In this document: positions 39,996-48,625 of the stretch, piece after piece
How the letters are laid out: every line of letters begins with the position of its first letter
Numbering within the stretch: position 1 is the first letter of the stretch
NCBI GenBank assembly: GCA_017439965.1
Contig: JAFSID010000013.1
Location: 1-56,292, forward strand
DNA length: 56,292 bases
DNA from: Clostridia bacterium
GTDB lineage: Bacteria; Bacillota; Clostridia; Oscillospirales; SIG627
Direction: 5' to 3'
Made by a program: the position numbers and the translations under genes
Notes under the pieces: generated by a model
What the model saw: only the letters and a program-made list of their open reading frames with translations
Told to the model about the DNA's origin: nothing
Databases searched by the model: none

Positions 39996-41411
39996 ATGGT
40001 TTTTTCAAGCTTAATATTTCTGTTTATGTTTTTGGTGTTTACCCTTACGGGCTACTATATTCTCCCGAGAGTAGCGCGAAACACGTTTTTGCTTATAGTA
40101 AGTCTGTTCTTCTATGCATGGGGAGAACCGTCCTACGTTATAGTGATGATAATCTCTATCGTCTTAAACTATACCGCAGGCAGACTTATTGCCCATTACA
40201 AGAGCCGTGAGAAAATTGTGGGCGCAAAAATCACGGTTGCCGTGCTTTCCGTTATCGACATCGGACTTTTGGTATTTTTCAAATACACGGGCTTTATCTT
40301 CGACAATATTTCCTCACTCTTCAAAATATCCTTCCCGTTTGACCCGTTCATCGACTCAATCGTTTTACCCATCGGTATTTCATTTTACACCTTCCAGATG
40401 ATGTCCTACGTCATCGACGTTTACAGAGGAGACACCGCGGTACAGAAGAATATTCTCGACTTCGGCTGCTACGTATCACTGTTTCCTCAGCTTATTGCGG
40501 GCCCCATCGTTCAATATAAGACGGTTGCGGACCAAATGAAAAACCGCCGTGAGAATCTCACGACGTTTGCCGAGGGTGTTATACGCTTCGTTGTAGGTCT
40601 CGGAAAAAAGGTGCTTCTCGCAAACGGCGTCGGAATTATCTGGGACACGGTTGCGGGCTATGACCTTGCAACGCTTCCGACACTCACCGCGCTTATCGGC
40701 TCGGTTGCCTTTTCCTTCCAGATATATTTTGACTTTTCGGGCTATTCGGATATGGCAATCGGTCTCGGCAAGATGCTGGGCTTTGAATTTTTAGAAAACT
40801 TCAATTACCCCTATATTTCCAAAAGCGTTACGGACTTTTGGAGAAGGTGGCACATTTCCCTCTCCTCCTGGTTCCGTGATTACGTTTATATTCCTCTCGG
40901 CGGTAACCGTCGGGGCTTTGCAAAGCAAATACGCAACATTGCAATCGTTTGGCTTTGTACGGGAATATGGCACGGAGCAAGCTGGAACTTTGTTCTGTGG
41001 GGAGCTTGGTTCGGAATACTTCTCATTGCCGAAAAGCTGTTTCTTCTCAAGGCGCTCGAAAGACTTCCGCGCTTCGTTTCTCATATATGGGCGCTCTTCT
41101 GCGCTTGGTTCGGTTGGGTAATATTTGCAAACGAGGACCTCTCCCGACTCGGTCAGTATATAAAGGCGCTCTTCGGAGGCTCAGGCGTATTTGCCGACGG
41201 TCAGTCACTCTGGCTTCTCTCAAATTACGCTATCCTCTTCGTTATCGCCGCAATTGCCTCCACTCCTCTTTGCAAAAATCTGTGGAAAAAGGTTGAAAAT
41301 TGCTCCTTTGCTCCCGTGTTGAGAGTTTTGTTCGTTGTGGCAATTCTCGTTTTGTGTACCGCTTACGTGGTATCCTCAACCTACAATCCCTTTATCTATT
41401 TCCGTTTTTAA
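39996..41411 (+). CDS. MBOAT O-acyltransferase, AlgI/PatA type
   Basis: MVFSS, LPIGISFYTFQ, FPQLIAGPI, FDFSGYSDMAIG, FWRRWHISLSSW, GIWHGA and PFIYFRF. Confidence 0.93.
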   Translation: MVFSSLIFLFMFLVFTLTGYYILPRVARNTFLLIVSLFFYAWGEPSYVIVMIISIVLNYTAGRLIAHYKSREKIVGAKITVAVLSVIDIGLLVFFKYTGFIFDNISSLFKISFPFDPFIDSIVLPIGISFYTFQMMSYVIDVYRGDTAVQKNILDFGCYVSLFPQLIAGPIVQYKTVADQMKNRRENLTTFAEGVIRFVVGLGKKVLLANGVGIIWDTVAGYDLATLPTLTALIGSVAFSFQIYFDFSGYSDMAIGLGKMLGFEFLENFNYPYISKSVTDFWRRWHISLSSWFRDYVYIPLGGNRRGFAKQIRNIAIVWLCTGIWHGASWNFVLWGAWFGILLIAEKLFLLKALERLPRFVSHIWALFCAWFGWVIFANEDLSRLGQYIKALFGGSGVFADGQSLWLLSNYAILFVIAAIASTPLCKNLWKKVENCSFAPVLRVLFVVAILVLCTAYVVSSTYNPFIYFRF

Positions 41412-41420
41412 GGAGGCAGT

Positions 41421-42521
41421 ATGAAAAAAGCTGAAGCAATTATTATAACTGCGGTTTTTTCCCTGCTTCTCGTCGTGGGACTTGTGGGAACGCTTATTTC
41501 GGATAAGCCCGATTTCTCGGAATGGGAAAACCGTGAGCTTGCAGAATTTCCCGAGGCAAGCGTTGACTCGGTGCTGTCGGGCAAATTCGGTCAGGAATTT
41601 GAGGGTTGGCTTACAGACCGCTTCGTTGCAAGAGATTTCTGGGTCAAGCTCAAAAGAGCCTCCGACTCGGCTCTCGGCATTAAGGAATCAAACGGCGTGG
41701 TCGTAGGAAATAACGCACTGTTTGATATTCCCGACAAGGCAAGCGAAAAGGCAGTCGAAAAGAATATTTCGGCAATCAACGCCTTTCAAAAGAAAACAAG
41801 CCTTCCAACCTCAATAATACTCGTTCCGTCTACCGCTACGGTGTTTTATGAGGATGCGCCCTCTCTCTTCCCTTCAAACGACGAGGAGGCGCTTGTTGAG
41901 AATATCTATTCAAGGCTTGACAACGTCACCGCCGTTGATACCCTTCCCGTGCTTCGCGCGATGACGCTTGACGAGGCTTTTTATAAGACAGACCATCACT
42001 GGACGAGTAAAGGCGCGGCGGCGGTTTATTCCGCCTGGAGAAATATAGAAAACACCTTTGAGCTTGAAGAGGTGGCAGAGGATTTTTACGGTACTCTTAC
42101 CTCACGCTCGGGAGATATTTCCATAAAGGCTGATACGGTTGAGAAAATTACGTCGGGTGACGCCTTCGTCTCCTGCAAGGTTTTCGACGGCGTTAATACC
42201 ACCGAATACCCGTCAATGTACTTTGATTCCTATCTCGGACTTAAGGATAAGTATTCCTACTTCCTTGGCACGAATCAGCCGATGGTAACGCTTGAGACCG
42301 CAAACGGTACGGGCAGAGTCCTGCTTATGCTCAAGGACTCCTTTGCTCATTCCTTCGTACAATGCGCCTCAGAAGATTTTGATAAGGTCATTCTCGTTGA
42401 CCTCCGCTATCTTACCTCTCCTCTCGATACACTCCTTGACCTTGATGAAGTCACCGACGTGCTTTTCCTTTATAGCCTTGAAAACTTCACCACTCAGGAT
42501 AATATGATGTGGATAAAATAA
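41421..42521 (+). CDS. DHHW-family protein (AlgJ/AlgX-like O-acetyltransferase partner)
   Basis: N-terminal TM, ENRELA, FYKTDHHWT, KDSFA and VDLRY motifs. Confidence 0.88.
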   Translation: MKKAEAIIITAVFSLLLVVGLVGTLISDKPDFSEWENRELAEFPEASVDSVLSGKFGQEFEGWLTDRFVARDFWVKLKRASDSALGIKESNGVVVGNNALFDIPDKASEKAVEKNISAINAFQKKTSLPTSIILVPSTATVFYEDAPSLFPSNDEEALVENIYSRLDNVTAVDTLPVLRAMTLDEAFYKTDHHWTSKGAAAVYSAWRNIENTFELEEVAEDFYGTLTSRSGDISIKADTVEKITSGDAFVSCKVFDGVNTTEYPSMYFDSYLGLKDKYSYFLGTNQPMVTLETANGTGRVLLMLKDSFAHSFVQCASEDFDKVILVDLRYLTSPLDTLLDLDEVTDVLFLYSLENFTTQDNMMWIK

Positions 42522-42556
42522 ATTAAAGCCGCAGGGGAAACCCTGCGGCTTTAATT
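42521..42556. terminator. Bidirectional terminator
   Basis: AATTAAAGCCGCAGGG-GAAA-CCCTGCGGCTTTAATT. Confidence 0.85.
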
Positions 42557-42773
42557 ATAGATGTTTTCTCAACCACTCAGGCATATTCGGATCGTTTATA
42601 CTCCAAGATTCTACTATATGTTCATCTTCTTGCCAAACATTTTCGTCTCCATCAAAGAATTTTTGTCTGCTACATTTATATTTTATCACCTCACCACCCT
42701 CAACTCTGTACTCGTAATGATAATAATTATGTTTTCCAAAGCCTTTATACTCTTCTGTGGAATAAATCATCAT
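42555..42773 (-). CDS. Hypothetical protein, 72 aa
   Basis: AAAGGAG SD, tight operon spacing, globular composition ending DPNMPEWL. Confidence 0.7.
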   Translation of the reverse strand: MMIYSTEEYKGFGKHNYYHYEYRVEGGEVIKYKCSRQKFFDGDENVWQEDEHIVESWSINDPNMPEWLRKHL

Positions 42774-42788
42774 TGTGTGTCTCCTTTC

Positions 42789-43142
42789 TCAGTCGTCTAC
42801 CTCTATAATTTCATATTCAGGATTATCGAATTCGTCCTCGTCATAATCATAATCTCCGGGGTTAGACATATGAAGAATTTCAGCTCCCTCGCGTGTGCAA
42901 GAACGCAAATACAGAGCGTGTTCTTCTGCGTCCTCCTCGGTATCGAAAATTTCGTCCTGCTCCTCGCCGTCAAAAATCAATTTAAACTTTGACATAATAT
43001 CATCTCCTTCTAAATTATTTTCATTTTGTTTTTTTCTGCTTGCAACAGCATATAAGCAAGCACCTGCAACTAAAGTGCATATAGCACCAAAAGCTATCGC
43101 TGCCACTCTTTTTTTATCGTTGCATATTCTTCTAACAGCCAT
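42789..43142 (-). CDS. Hypothetical protein: TM segment plus acidic domain (second in-frame start at 42995)
   Basis: Strong SDs before both ATG 43142 and ATG 42995. Confidence 0.65.
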   Translation of the reverse strand: MAVRRICNDKKRVAAIAFGAICTLVAGACLYAVASRKKQNENNLEGDDIMSKFKLIFDGEEQDEIFDTEEDAEEHALYLRSCTREGAEILHMSNPGDYDYDEDEFDNPEYEIIEVDD

Positions 43143-43164
43143 TTTATACCTCCTTCAGTATTTC

Positions 43165-43347
43165 TTATTTTCCGTGAATGTATTTCTTGCGGTCTGACAT
43201 ATGTTTTGCAGCAAGCTTGCTACCATTTCTCAATCCATCAGACATAAGCTCCATAAAATAAGCGTCTTTTTCATCGCACAGTTTATGCAATCTCTTGTTT
43301 TCAGCTACAAGACGTTTGTTTTCTGCTCGTATGTTAAATAATTTCAT
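43165..43347 (-). CDS. Hypothetical protein, 60 aa
   Basis: AAGGGG SD, operon spacing, short repeated AENKRL coiled-coil. Confidence 0.65.
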   Translation of the reverse strand: MKLFNIRAENKRLVAENKRLHKLCDEKDAYFMELMSDGLRNGSKLAAKHMSDRKKYIHGK

Positions 43348-43374
43348 ATCTAATCCCCTTGATACCGTTAAAAG

Positions 43375-43521
43375 TTAATCATCGTACGAAGCAACAGCTC
43401 CGCCACCCAATGCACACAATGATAATATAATATCATCAACAGGTCCCGGGCATAAATCCACGGGAGAAACAACATAAATAACAAGTAAAATCAACAACAT
43501 ACCTTTCAGAACACCATTCAT
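43375..43521 (-). CDS. Small membrane protein, DUF1232/YkvA-like (48 aa)
   Basis: Start ATG 43521 after AAAGGAG; YVVSPVDLCPGPVDD motif. Confidence 0.7.
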   Translation of the reverse strand: MNGVLKGMLLILLVIYVVSPVDLCPGPVDDIILSLCALGGGAVASYDD

Positions 43522-43655
43522 AATAATTAACTCCTTTATTTTAAATCTTGTAAACCTCTTGTTTACGTTTATATTGTAATACGGAAACAACCGAAAATAA
43601 ATAACGAATAAAGCAAATTAAAAGCCTTTAATTATACCCATTTAGCAACTCGCAT

Positions 43656-44300
43656 TTATGAAAAGCTATACTTTAAAAGTAACTCCGCAAAAGGATTGTA
43701 AGCAGGCTTTTCTTCTATCTTACCTATATAATAAGGGCTTAACTGCAATACCGGCTCTCTTTCCATCTTTGCAAAAAGATACGCTGTATTTCGTGCATCT
43801 ACAAGGGCATCATGTTCGCCGTCATCCCAGTAAATGTCAGCTATTGAAAGTGCCTCAGAAAGCTTATATCGTTTCTCGGTATCCATTCTATCACTGAACG
43901 TCTTTTGACAGTCAACCCAGGTTTCCAAGTATTTATCAATTCCAATTACAACAAACCCTTTACCGTCAATCTCGTTGATTATTTGCATTTTATCACTATC
44001 GCTCCAGGATACTATGATTGCATCCTCAGGAACCCAAGATATAAATCTTGTTAACACCTCGCAAAAATCCGGGGCGCCTTTTACGTCCTTAGGTGAGATG
44101 TGAGTAAGATTCTCAATGTATTTGCTTATAATTCCGTACTGAGGAGAAACATAAGATATAAAAGTGTCAACGATTTCAAGAGATTCATTCAAAAGCACCG
44201 CTCCGATTTGTATCGTTTCGCATCTCCCTCTCATATTGCCTCGGTATGCGCCTTTGGGAATATCACACATTTCCAAATCGACGACTACGTATTTACTCAT
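43656..44300 (-). CDS. DEDDh 3'-5' exonuclease (KapD/ERI-1-like)
   Basis: VVDLEM, ETIQIGAV, SWSDSD and HDALVDA motifs. Confidence 0.88.
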   Translation of the reverse strand: MSKYVVVDLEMCDIPKGAYRGNMRGRCETIQIGAVLLNESLEIVDTFISYVSPQYGIISKYIENLTHISPKDVKGAPDFCEVLTRFISWVPEDAIIVSWSDSDKMQIINEIDGKGFVVIGIDKYLETWVDCQKTFSDRMDTEKRYKLSEALSIADIYWDDGEHDALVDARNTAYLFAKMEREPVLQLSPYYIGKIEEKPAYNPFAELLLKYSFS

Positions 44301-44416
44301 TTCGTTTTCTCCTTTTTCTTGATCTTCACGTCAATGCCAAGAGTTTTGGCATATACGGGATCACGTTTTTGTTTTTTGAGCAATTTAAGTGCAAGCACTC
44401 GTTCTCTATGGGTCAC
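44297..44416 (-). CDS. Basic micro-protein A, 39 aa (absent from ORF track)
   Basis: GTG start after AAAGGAG; MTHRERVLALKLLKKQKRDPVYAKTLGIDVKIKKKEKTK; ATGA overlap with the exonuclease; paralog at 48429-48530. Confidence 0.7.
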   Translation of the reverse strand: MTHRERVLALKLLKKQKRDPVYAKTLGIDVKIKKKEKTK

Positions 44417-44582
44417 AATATCAGCTCCTTTGTTTTGTGACTCTCTTGTTTACGGTTATATGATAACGCAGAAAAAAGAAAAGCGAAACAATAAACTTGG
44501 CAAATTAGAGAAGATAATTTACACAAATTCAGCAAAATATAAGGGTGCGTTTCATTTCTACGAAACGCACCTTTCAAAACGT

Positions 44583-45092
44583 TTATTCATCTTTATATCC
44601 AAGCTTCATTTTTTCACACCAAAGCTGCAAGGCTTCGATGGTCATTGAAATGTGTTCAAGCTCTTCTGATATCTTATCAAAATCCTCAATCTCGTCAGCG
44701 GATACCTCGCCGTCTTCAAGTATCTCCATTAACCTTATTTTGCTATGGTTTACAGTTTTCAGGGACACCGCCATATTAACGAGTATTTCGTGAATACCAC
44801 CGTTAAACGTAACCTCGGGAGCATCAAGCCTGCCTATTTCACATTCATGACAACAGTAATAATTGCGAAGCTCGGGCCTGTTATATCGTTTTGCCATAGC
44901 CACAACGTCGGCGGGCTGTACGATAACCGTTCCGTTTTCAATTTTAACAAGCTTATATTCGGGAACTCCGGGCATACCGGGGAAATTAGGATTGCCGGGA
45001 ATCGTTTCGGTCGCTTCAGCTCGGCTAAGTCCCAACTCTTCCCTTGTAATCTGATATATATTTTTATCCTTTTTGATTGATGCCTTTCCCAT
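44583..45092 (-). CDS. XRE-family HTH regulator with YYCxxEC motif and helical C-domain (copy A)
   Basis: REELGLSR..KIENG HTH, NYYCCHECEIG and EILEDGEVSADE; paralog of 47857-48372. Confidence 0.8.
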   Translation of the reverse strand: MGKASIKKDKNIYQITREELGLSRAEATETIPGNPNFPGMPGVPEYKLVKIENGTVIVQPADVVAMAKRYNRPELRNYYCCHECEIGRLDAPEVTFNGGIHEILVNMAVSLKTVNHSKIRLMEILEDGEVSADEIEDFDKISEELEHISMTIEALQLWCEKMKLGYKDE

Positions 45093-45200
45093 AATACACT
45101 GCCCTTCTTGTTGAAATTATTTAACAAGAAAATTTTAGCACACATTTTTATATTTTGCAACAAAAAAGTACATATTGTCGAAATCCGTGTGCCGAAAGAC

Positions 45201-46019
45201 TTAATCAAGCGACAAAAAGACGCTCATTTCCTCCTCTAAATCATAATAGCTGACGCTTATCTCGTCGCCGTCGGAATTATCGGCTCTGAAGCTATCTTCG
45301 TCCTCATAGCTCACGTCGGTATAGCCCATTTCACGAGCCGCCTCAACGTAGCTCTTATACTCCTCAAGAGTCACACCGAGAGCGTTAAACGAGAAGCTTT
45401 CCTCGGTATCCCAGCCGAGTGATACGGCGATTGCATCGGGCTGAGGCACCATTTTTGCAAGCTCGCTTTCCGACCACTCGTAAAGCTCTCTGCCGTCTCC
45501 CTTTTGAAGCTCGGAATACTCGTCGTTTATGAAATCGTAATAAACGAGGTATCCAAGCCCGTCCGAGCCAACGTAAAGAATCTCTGCCATATCGGGTCTC
45601 ATAAGCTCAAGGTGCTTTGATTCGGCAAGCGTATATCCGCCGTCAATAACGAGCGGAGACTCGGAAACGGTCTCACCGGGATCGGCACGTCTGCGGTTAT
45701 ATCCGAGAATATAAAGCTCCTTTACCTCCTCATCGGTAAGCTCGTCCTCCTCCTTGATACCGTCAAACGCACTGTAATCGCTTACGTCATCTTTGAAGGT
45801 ATACTTTATTTCAAGGTCAAGTATGGTGTATTTAGTATTATTGGTATATTCAAGAGAAAGATATCTCTCACCCTCTCTGACGGCGTTTTTGACTCTCCAG
45901 TCAATATCCTCAATTTTGATCGCTCCCTCGGGAGTAAACTCCCTTTCACACCCAAAAAGAAGCGTAAAGCTCAAAAAGGCAAAGCATATCAAAGCAAGTA
46001 TTCTTATTACGTTTTTCAT
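45201..46019 (-). CDS. Acidic lipoprotein of unknown function
   Basis: Lipobox LLFGC; C-terminal W..SELAKMVPQP...YKSYVEAAREMGY domain. Confidence 0.75.
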   Translation of the reverse strand: MKNVIRILALICFAFLSFTLLFGCEREFTPEGAIKIEDIDWRVKNAVREGERYLSLEYTNNTKYTILDLEIKYTFKDDVSDYSAFDGIKEEDELTDEEVKELYILGYNRRRADPGETVSESPLVIDGGYTLAESKHLELMRPDMAEILYVGSDGLGYLVYYDFINDEYSELQKGDGRELYEWSESELAKMVPQPDAIAVSLGWDTEESFSFNALGVTLEEYKSYVEAAREMGYTDVSYEDEDSFRADNSDGDEISVSYYDLEEEMSVFLSLD

Positions 46020-46021
46020 TT

Positions 46022-47008
46022 TTAGTCTCCTTTAATTTTATCCTTGTAGCATTCAAGTGCGCCTATTATATAAATCATCAAGCCATCGGAGCTTAACGCT
46101 CTGTCAAGGGCTTTGACGGTCGCATGTCTTGAAATCCGCTTTATAAAAAGCTCAAACGCCTCTCTGTCCGAGTCACACGGCTTACAGTCCGAAGAAGAAA
46201 TTGCCTTATAAAGCCTTTCTGCCTCTGCAATACATTCCTCCGAATAAAAGGGCGCTCCCTGATTCTTGAGTGATTCAAGTCTTACAAGCACGCTTGACAG
46301 GGTCTTATCAAAGCCAACGTCATCCGAGCTCCTGCACCAAAGGGATACCGCCGAGGAAAGATATTCTCCAAAGCCGTTTTTATAATCTTTATTTAACCCA
46401 ACAACGACGGCGTTACTCGAAAACATCTCCTCAAGCATTAACAACGAGTCAAAAGCAATAGAAGAGCAAGCCTTTCGTATCAGCGGAATACATTCCTGCA
46501 CGGATTCATCCGTGTAAGGAATTTCATCCTCAAAGCAATAATAAAGTCTGTCAACAGCCCCGTCAAAAAGCGCTTCCTTCTCCTTGCTGAAGCTTTCCTC
46601 TCCTATCAGCTCAAAATTGGTCTGCATCAAATCGACACATTCCTCATAATTGAATAAGCCGTAATTCACTTCCCTTGGAGTAATTCCCGCCAGCTTCAGA
46701 TTATCCGTCACCCTCAAAAGCATTTCAATTCTGTCACGCTTTTTCTTTAGCTCGACAATATGCCGTTCAAGAGTGGCATCCGCATCGAAATCAGGGTCGT
46801 TCATAAGCCGACGTATTTCCTCGTTTGAATATCCAAGCTCCTTATAAAAACGAATCGTCCATATCTGCTCAACCTCCTCGTCGGAAAACTGTATAGAGGT
46901 ATTATCCCCTCTCCATTGCTTAGGTCTGCACAGAATCTTATCCACCCAGTATTGCACCGTCGTTCTCCCGACACCGAGCTCAGTATAAACCTCTCTCAAG
47001 CTTTTCAT
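46022..47008 (-). CDS. MerR-family transcriptional regulator with long C-terminal domain
   Basis: LGVGRTTVQYW, IRFYKELGYSNEEIRRL and a coiled coil. Confidence 0.8.
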   Translation of the reverse strand: MKSLREVYTELGVGRTTVQYWVDKILCRPKQWRGDNTSIQFSDEEVEQIWTIRFYKELGYSNEEIRRLMNDPDFDADATLERHIVELKKKRDRIEMLLRVTDNLKLAGITPREVNYGLFNYEECVDLMQTNFELIGEESFSKEKEALFDGAVDRLYYCFEDEIPYTDESVQECIPLIRKACSSIAFDSLLMLEEMFSSNAVVVGLNKDYKNGFGEYLSSAVSLWCRSSDDVGFDKTLSSVLVRLESLKNQGAPFYSEECIAEAERLYKAISSSDCKPCDSDREAFELFIKRISRHATVKALDRALSSDGLMIYIIGALECYKDKIKGD

Positions 47009-47026
47009 ACTTACACCTCCAAGCTA

Positions 47027-47056
47027 ATTCTAAATACTGCCAGTACTGGCTGTCAA
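47027..47056 (-). promoter_or_regulatory. MerR-style promoter with a dyad operator in the spacer
   Basis: TTGACA-N18-TAGAAT; perfect palindrome GCCAGTACTGGC (47039-47050) abuts the -35. Confidence 0.7.
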
Positions 47057-47066
47057 TACCTTTTTT

Positions 47067-47099
47067 AAAAAAATAAGCCGTTGCGGTCGCAACGGCTTA
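47067..47099 (-). terminator. Intrinsic terminator
   Basis: TAAGCCGTTGCG-AC-CGCAACGGCTTA followed by T7 on the minus strand. Confidence 0.8.
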
Positions 47100-47104
47100 A
47101 ATTC

Positions 47105-47287
47105 TTACGGAGCGTAAGGATTGGGCTTAAACAAAAGTCTTATAAGGTCAACGAGAACGCCGATGCCGAAAAGACCTCCCGTAAAGAGATAAACTATTCC
47201 GAGAAGGATACGCCCCTCATAAAAGCGGTGTATTCCGAGCACTCCGAAAAAGAGACAGAGGAAAAATGCCACCCATTTGTTTTTCAT
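47105..47287 (-). CDS. TM2-domain membrane protein
   Basis: KNKWVAFFLCLFFGVLGIHRFYEG...LFTGGLFGIG..VD. Confidence 0.9.
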   Translation of the reverse strand: MKNKWVAFFLCLFFGVLGIHRFYEGRILLGIVYLFTGGLFGIGVLVDLIRLLFKPNPYAP

Positions 47288-47291
47288 AAAA

Positions 47292-47834
47292 TCACTCCTT
47301 TATCAAGCTACAATTACAGTTTATGCATTTGTCATTCCCAACGGGATTTACAGAGCCGCAAAACTCACAGCATACGTTAGGCTCTATTATAAGTCTGTCA
47401 AGACCCCAGACGCTTATCACACTGTCGCCCACGTGGATTCGTTCAAGCTCGGCGTCAACGGTCTTGAAGTCCGAGCTTAAATAGTTTATTTTTCGCACGA
47501 CTCCGTTATCCTTTTTGACGGTAAGAATAATATTGTTTTTACAATATACCTTTCTGCCGACAGACACCACGTTATAATGATACGTCGTAATGCATTTGAT
47601 ATCCAGTATAGTCCCCTTCCACGAAGAGCGGGTGAGTCTGTACGCGCCCGTCAGGAACACGGGCAACAGCACAAAAAAGCATATAACCGCCACGCTCTTT
47701 ACGGGTCTGTCCAGAAAGTCTTCGCGGTACATATATACAACCGACAGAACGAACGCCTCGGATATAAAGAGAAGCGCAAGTCTTCGCACTGCCTTTTTCA
47801 AAGCAAGTCTTTTAACGTCACAGGGTAAGGTCAT
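47292..47834 (-). CDS. Hypothetical membrane protein with C-terminal zinc ribbon
   Basis: Two TM segments, CEFCG...CINC and GGAGGT SD. Confidence 0.7.
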   Translation of the reverse strand: MTLPCDVKRLALKKAVRRLALLFISEAFVLSVVYMYREDFLDRPVKSVAVICFFVLLPVFLTGAYRLTRSSWKGTILDIKCITTYHYNVVSVGRKVYCKNNIILTVKKDNGVVRKINYLSSDFKTVDAELERIHVGDSVISVWGLDRLIIEPNVCCEFCGSVNPVGNDKCINCNCSLIKE

Positions 47835-47856
47835 ACAGCACCTCCATATATTGACG

Positions 47857-48372
47857 TCATTTTTGTTCTGCTTTACGGCGGTTAAATTCCTCGACGTCTA
47901 TCTTTCCGTCGGCAAGCATCTTTTCCACCCAAAGCTGAAGGGTCTCAACGGTAATTGAAATGCGCTCAAGCTCCTCTTGGATATAGATAAAATCGTTAAG
48001 CTCCTCGCTGTCGATAACGCCGTCGGCGGTTATTTCGATAAGGCGCTCCTTTTTCTTTGCCATCGAATTGAGAGAGGCAAGCATTTCAAGAACGATTTGC
48101 GAAAGGTCCTTGACCTTGACCTCGGGTATGTACTCCTGACCTATCGGACATTCGTTGGCGCAGTAATAATTGCAAAGGTGAGGCGCCTTATAGCCACGTG
48201 ACATATCAAGCACGTCCGACGGATGAGGAGTAATTTTTTCGCTTTCTATCCTCTCGATTCTCTCGGGTGTCAGGGTTTCGAGCAGCTCACTTGCCGCCTC
48301 ACGCGAAAGTCCGAGCTCCTCGCGCTTTTTCTGATATACGTTTTTATTTTCCTTAGATGATATTTTACCCAT
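47857..48372 (-). CDS. XRE-family HTH regulator with YYCxxEC motif (copy B)
   Basis: Start set to ATG 48372 by alignment with copy A; REELGLSRE, NYYCANECPIG and EITADGVIDSEE. Confidence 0.82.
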   Translation of the reverse strand: MGKISSKENKNVYQKKREELGLSREAASELLETLTPERIERIESEKITPHPSDVLDMSRGYKAPHLCNYYCANECPIGQEYIPEVKVKDLSQIVLEMLASLNSMAKKKERLIEITADGVIDSEELNDFIYIQEELERISITVETLQLWVEKMLADGKIDVEEFNRRKAEQK

Positions 48373-48428
48373 TTCAAGCTCCAAAGTTTTTTCTTTTATT
48401 TTATCATATATTGCCAAATAATCAACCG

Positions 48429-48530
48429 TTATTTTTTCTTTTTGACCAGCTTAACGGAAACGCCGAGCTTTTTCAATTGCTCACTCTTTTCTGCAAGTCT
48501 TATTGCAATAAGTCTTTCCCGTACTCCCAT
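48429..48530 (-). CDS. Basic micro-protein B, 33 aa (absent from ORF track)
   Basis: GGAGGTGAT SD; MGVRERLIAIRLAEKSEQLKKLGVSVKLVKKKK; aligns with micro-protein A. Confidence 0.7.
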   Translation of the reverse strand: MGVRERLIAIRLAEKSEQLKKLGVSVKLVKKKK

Positions 48531-48625
48531 TCTATCACCTCCACTGTACATATTTTAACCGAAACAGCAATATTCCTCAATAACGGGCTTTACAAAATAG
48601 CCCTCCTTATTTTACCCAAAACGGC

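Noticed and set aside
42555-48530. Prophage or ICE
   Set aside because: Small genes and XRE regulators are present, but there are no integrase, structural, replication or conjugation genes and no att-like repeats that I could see.
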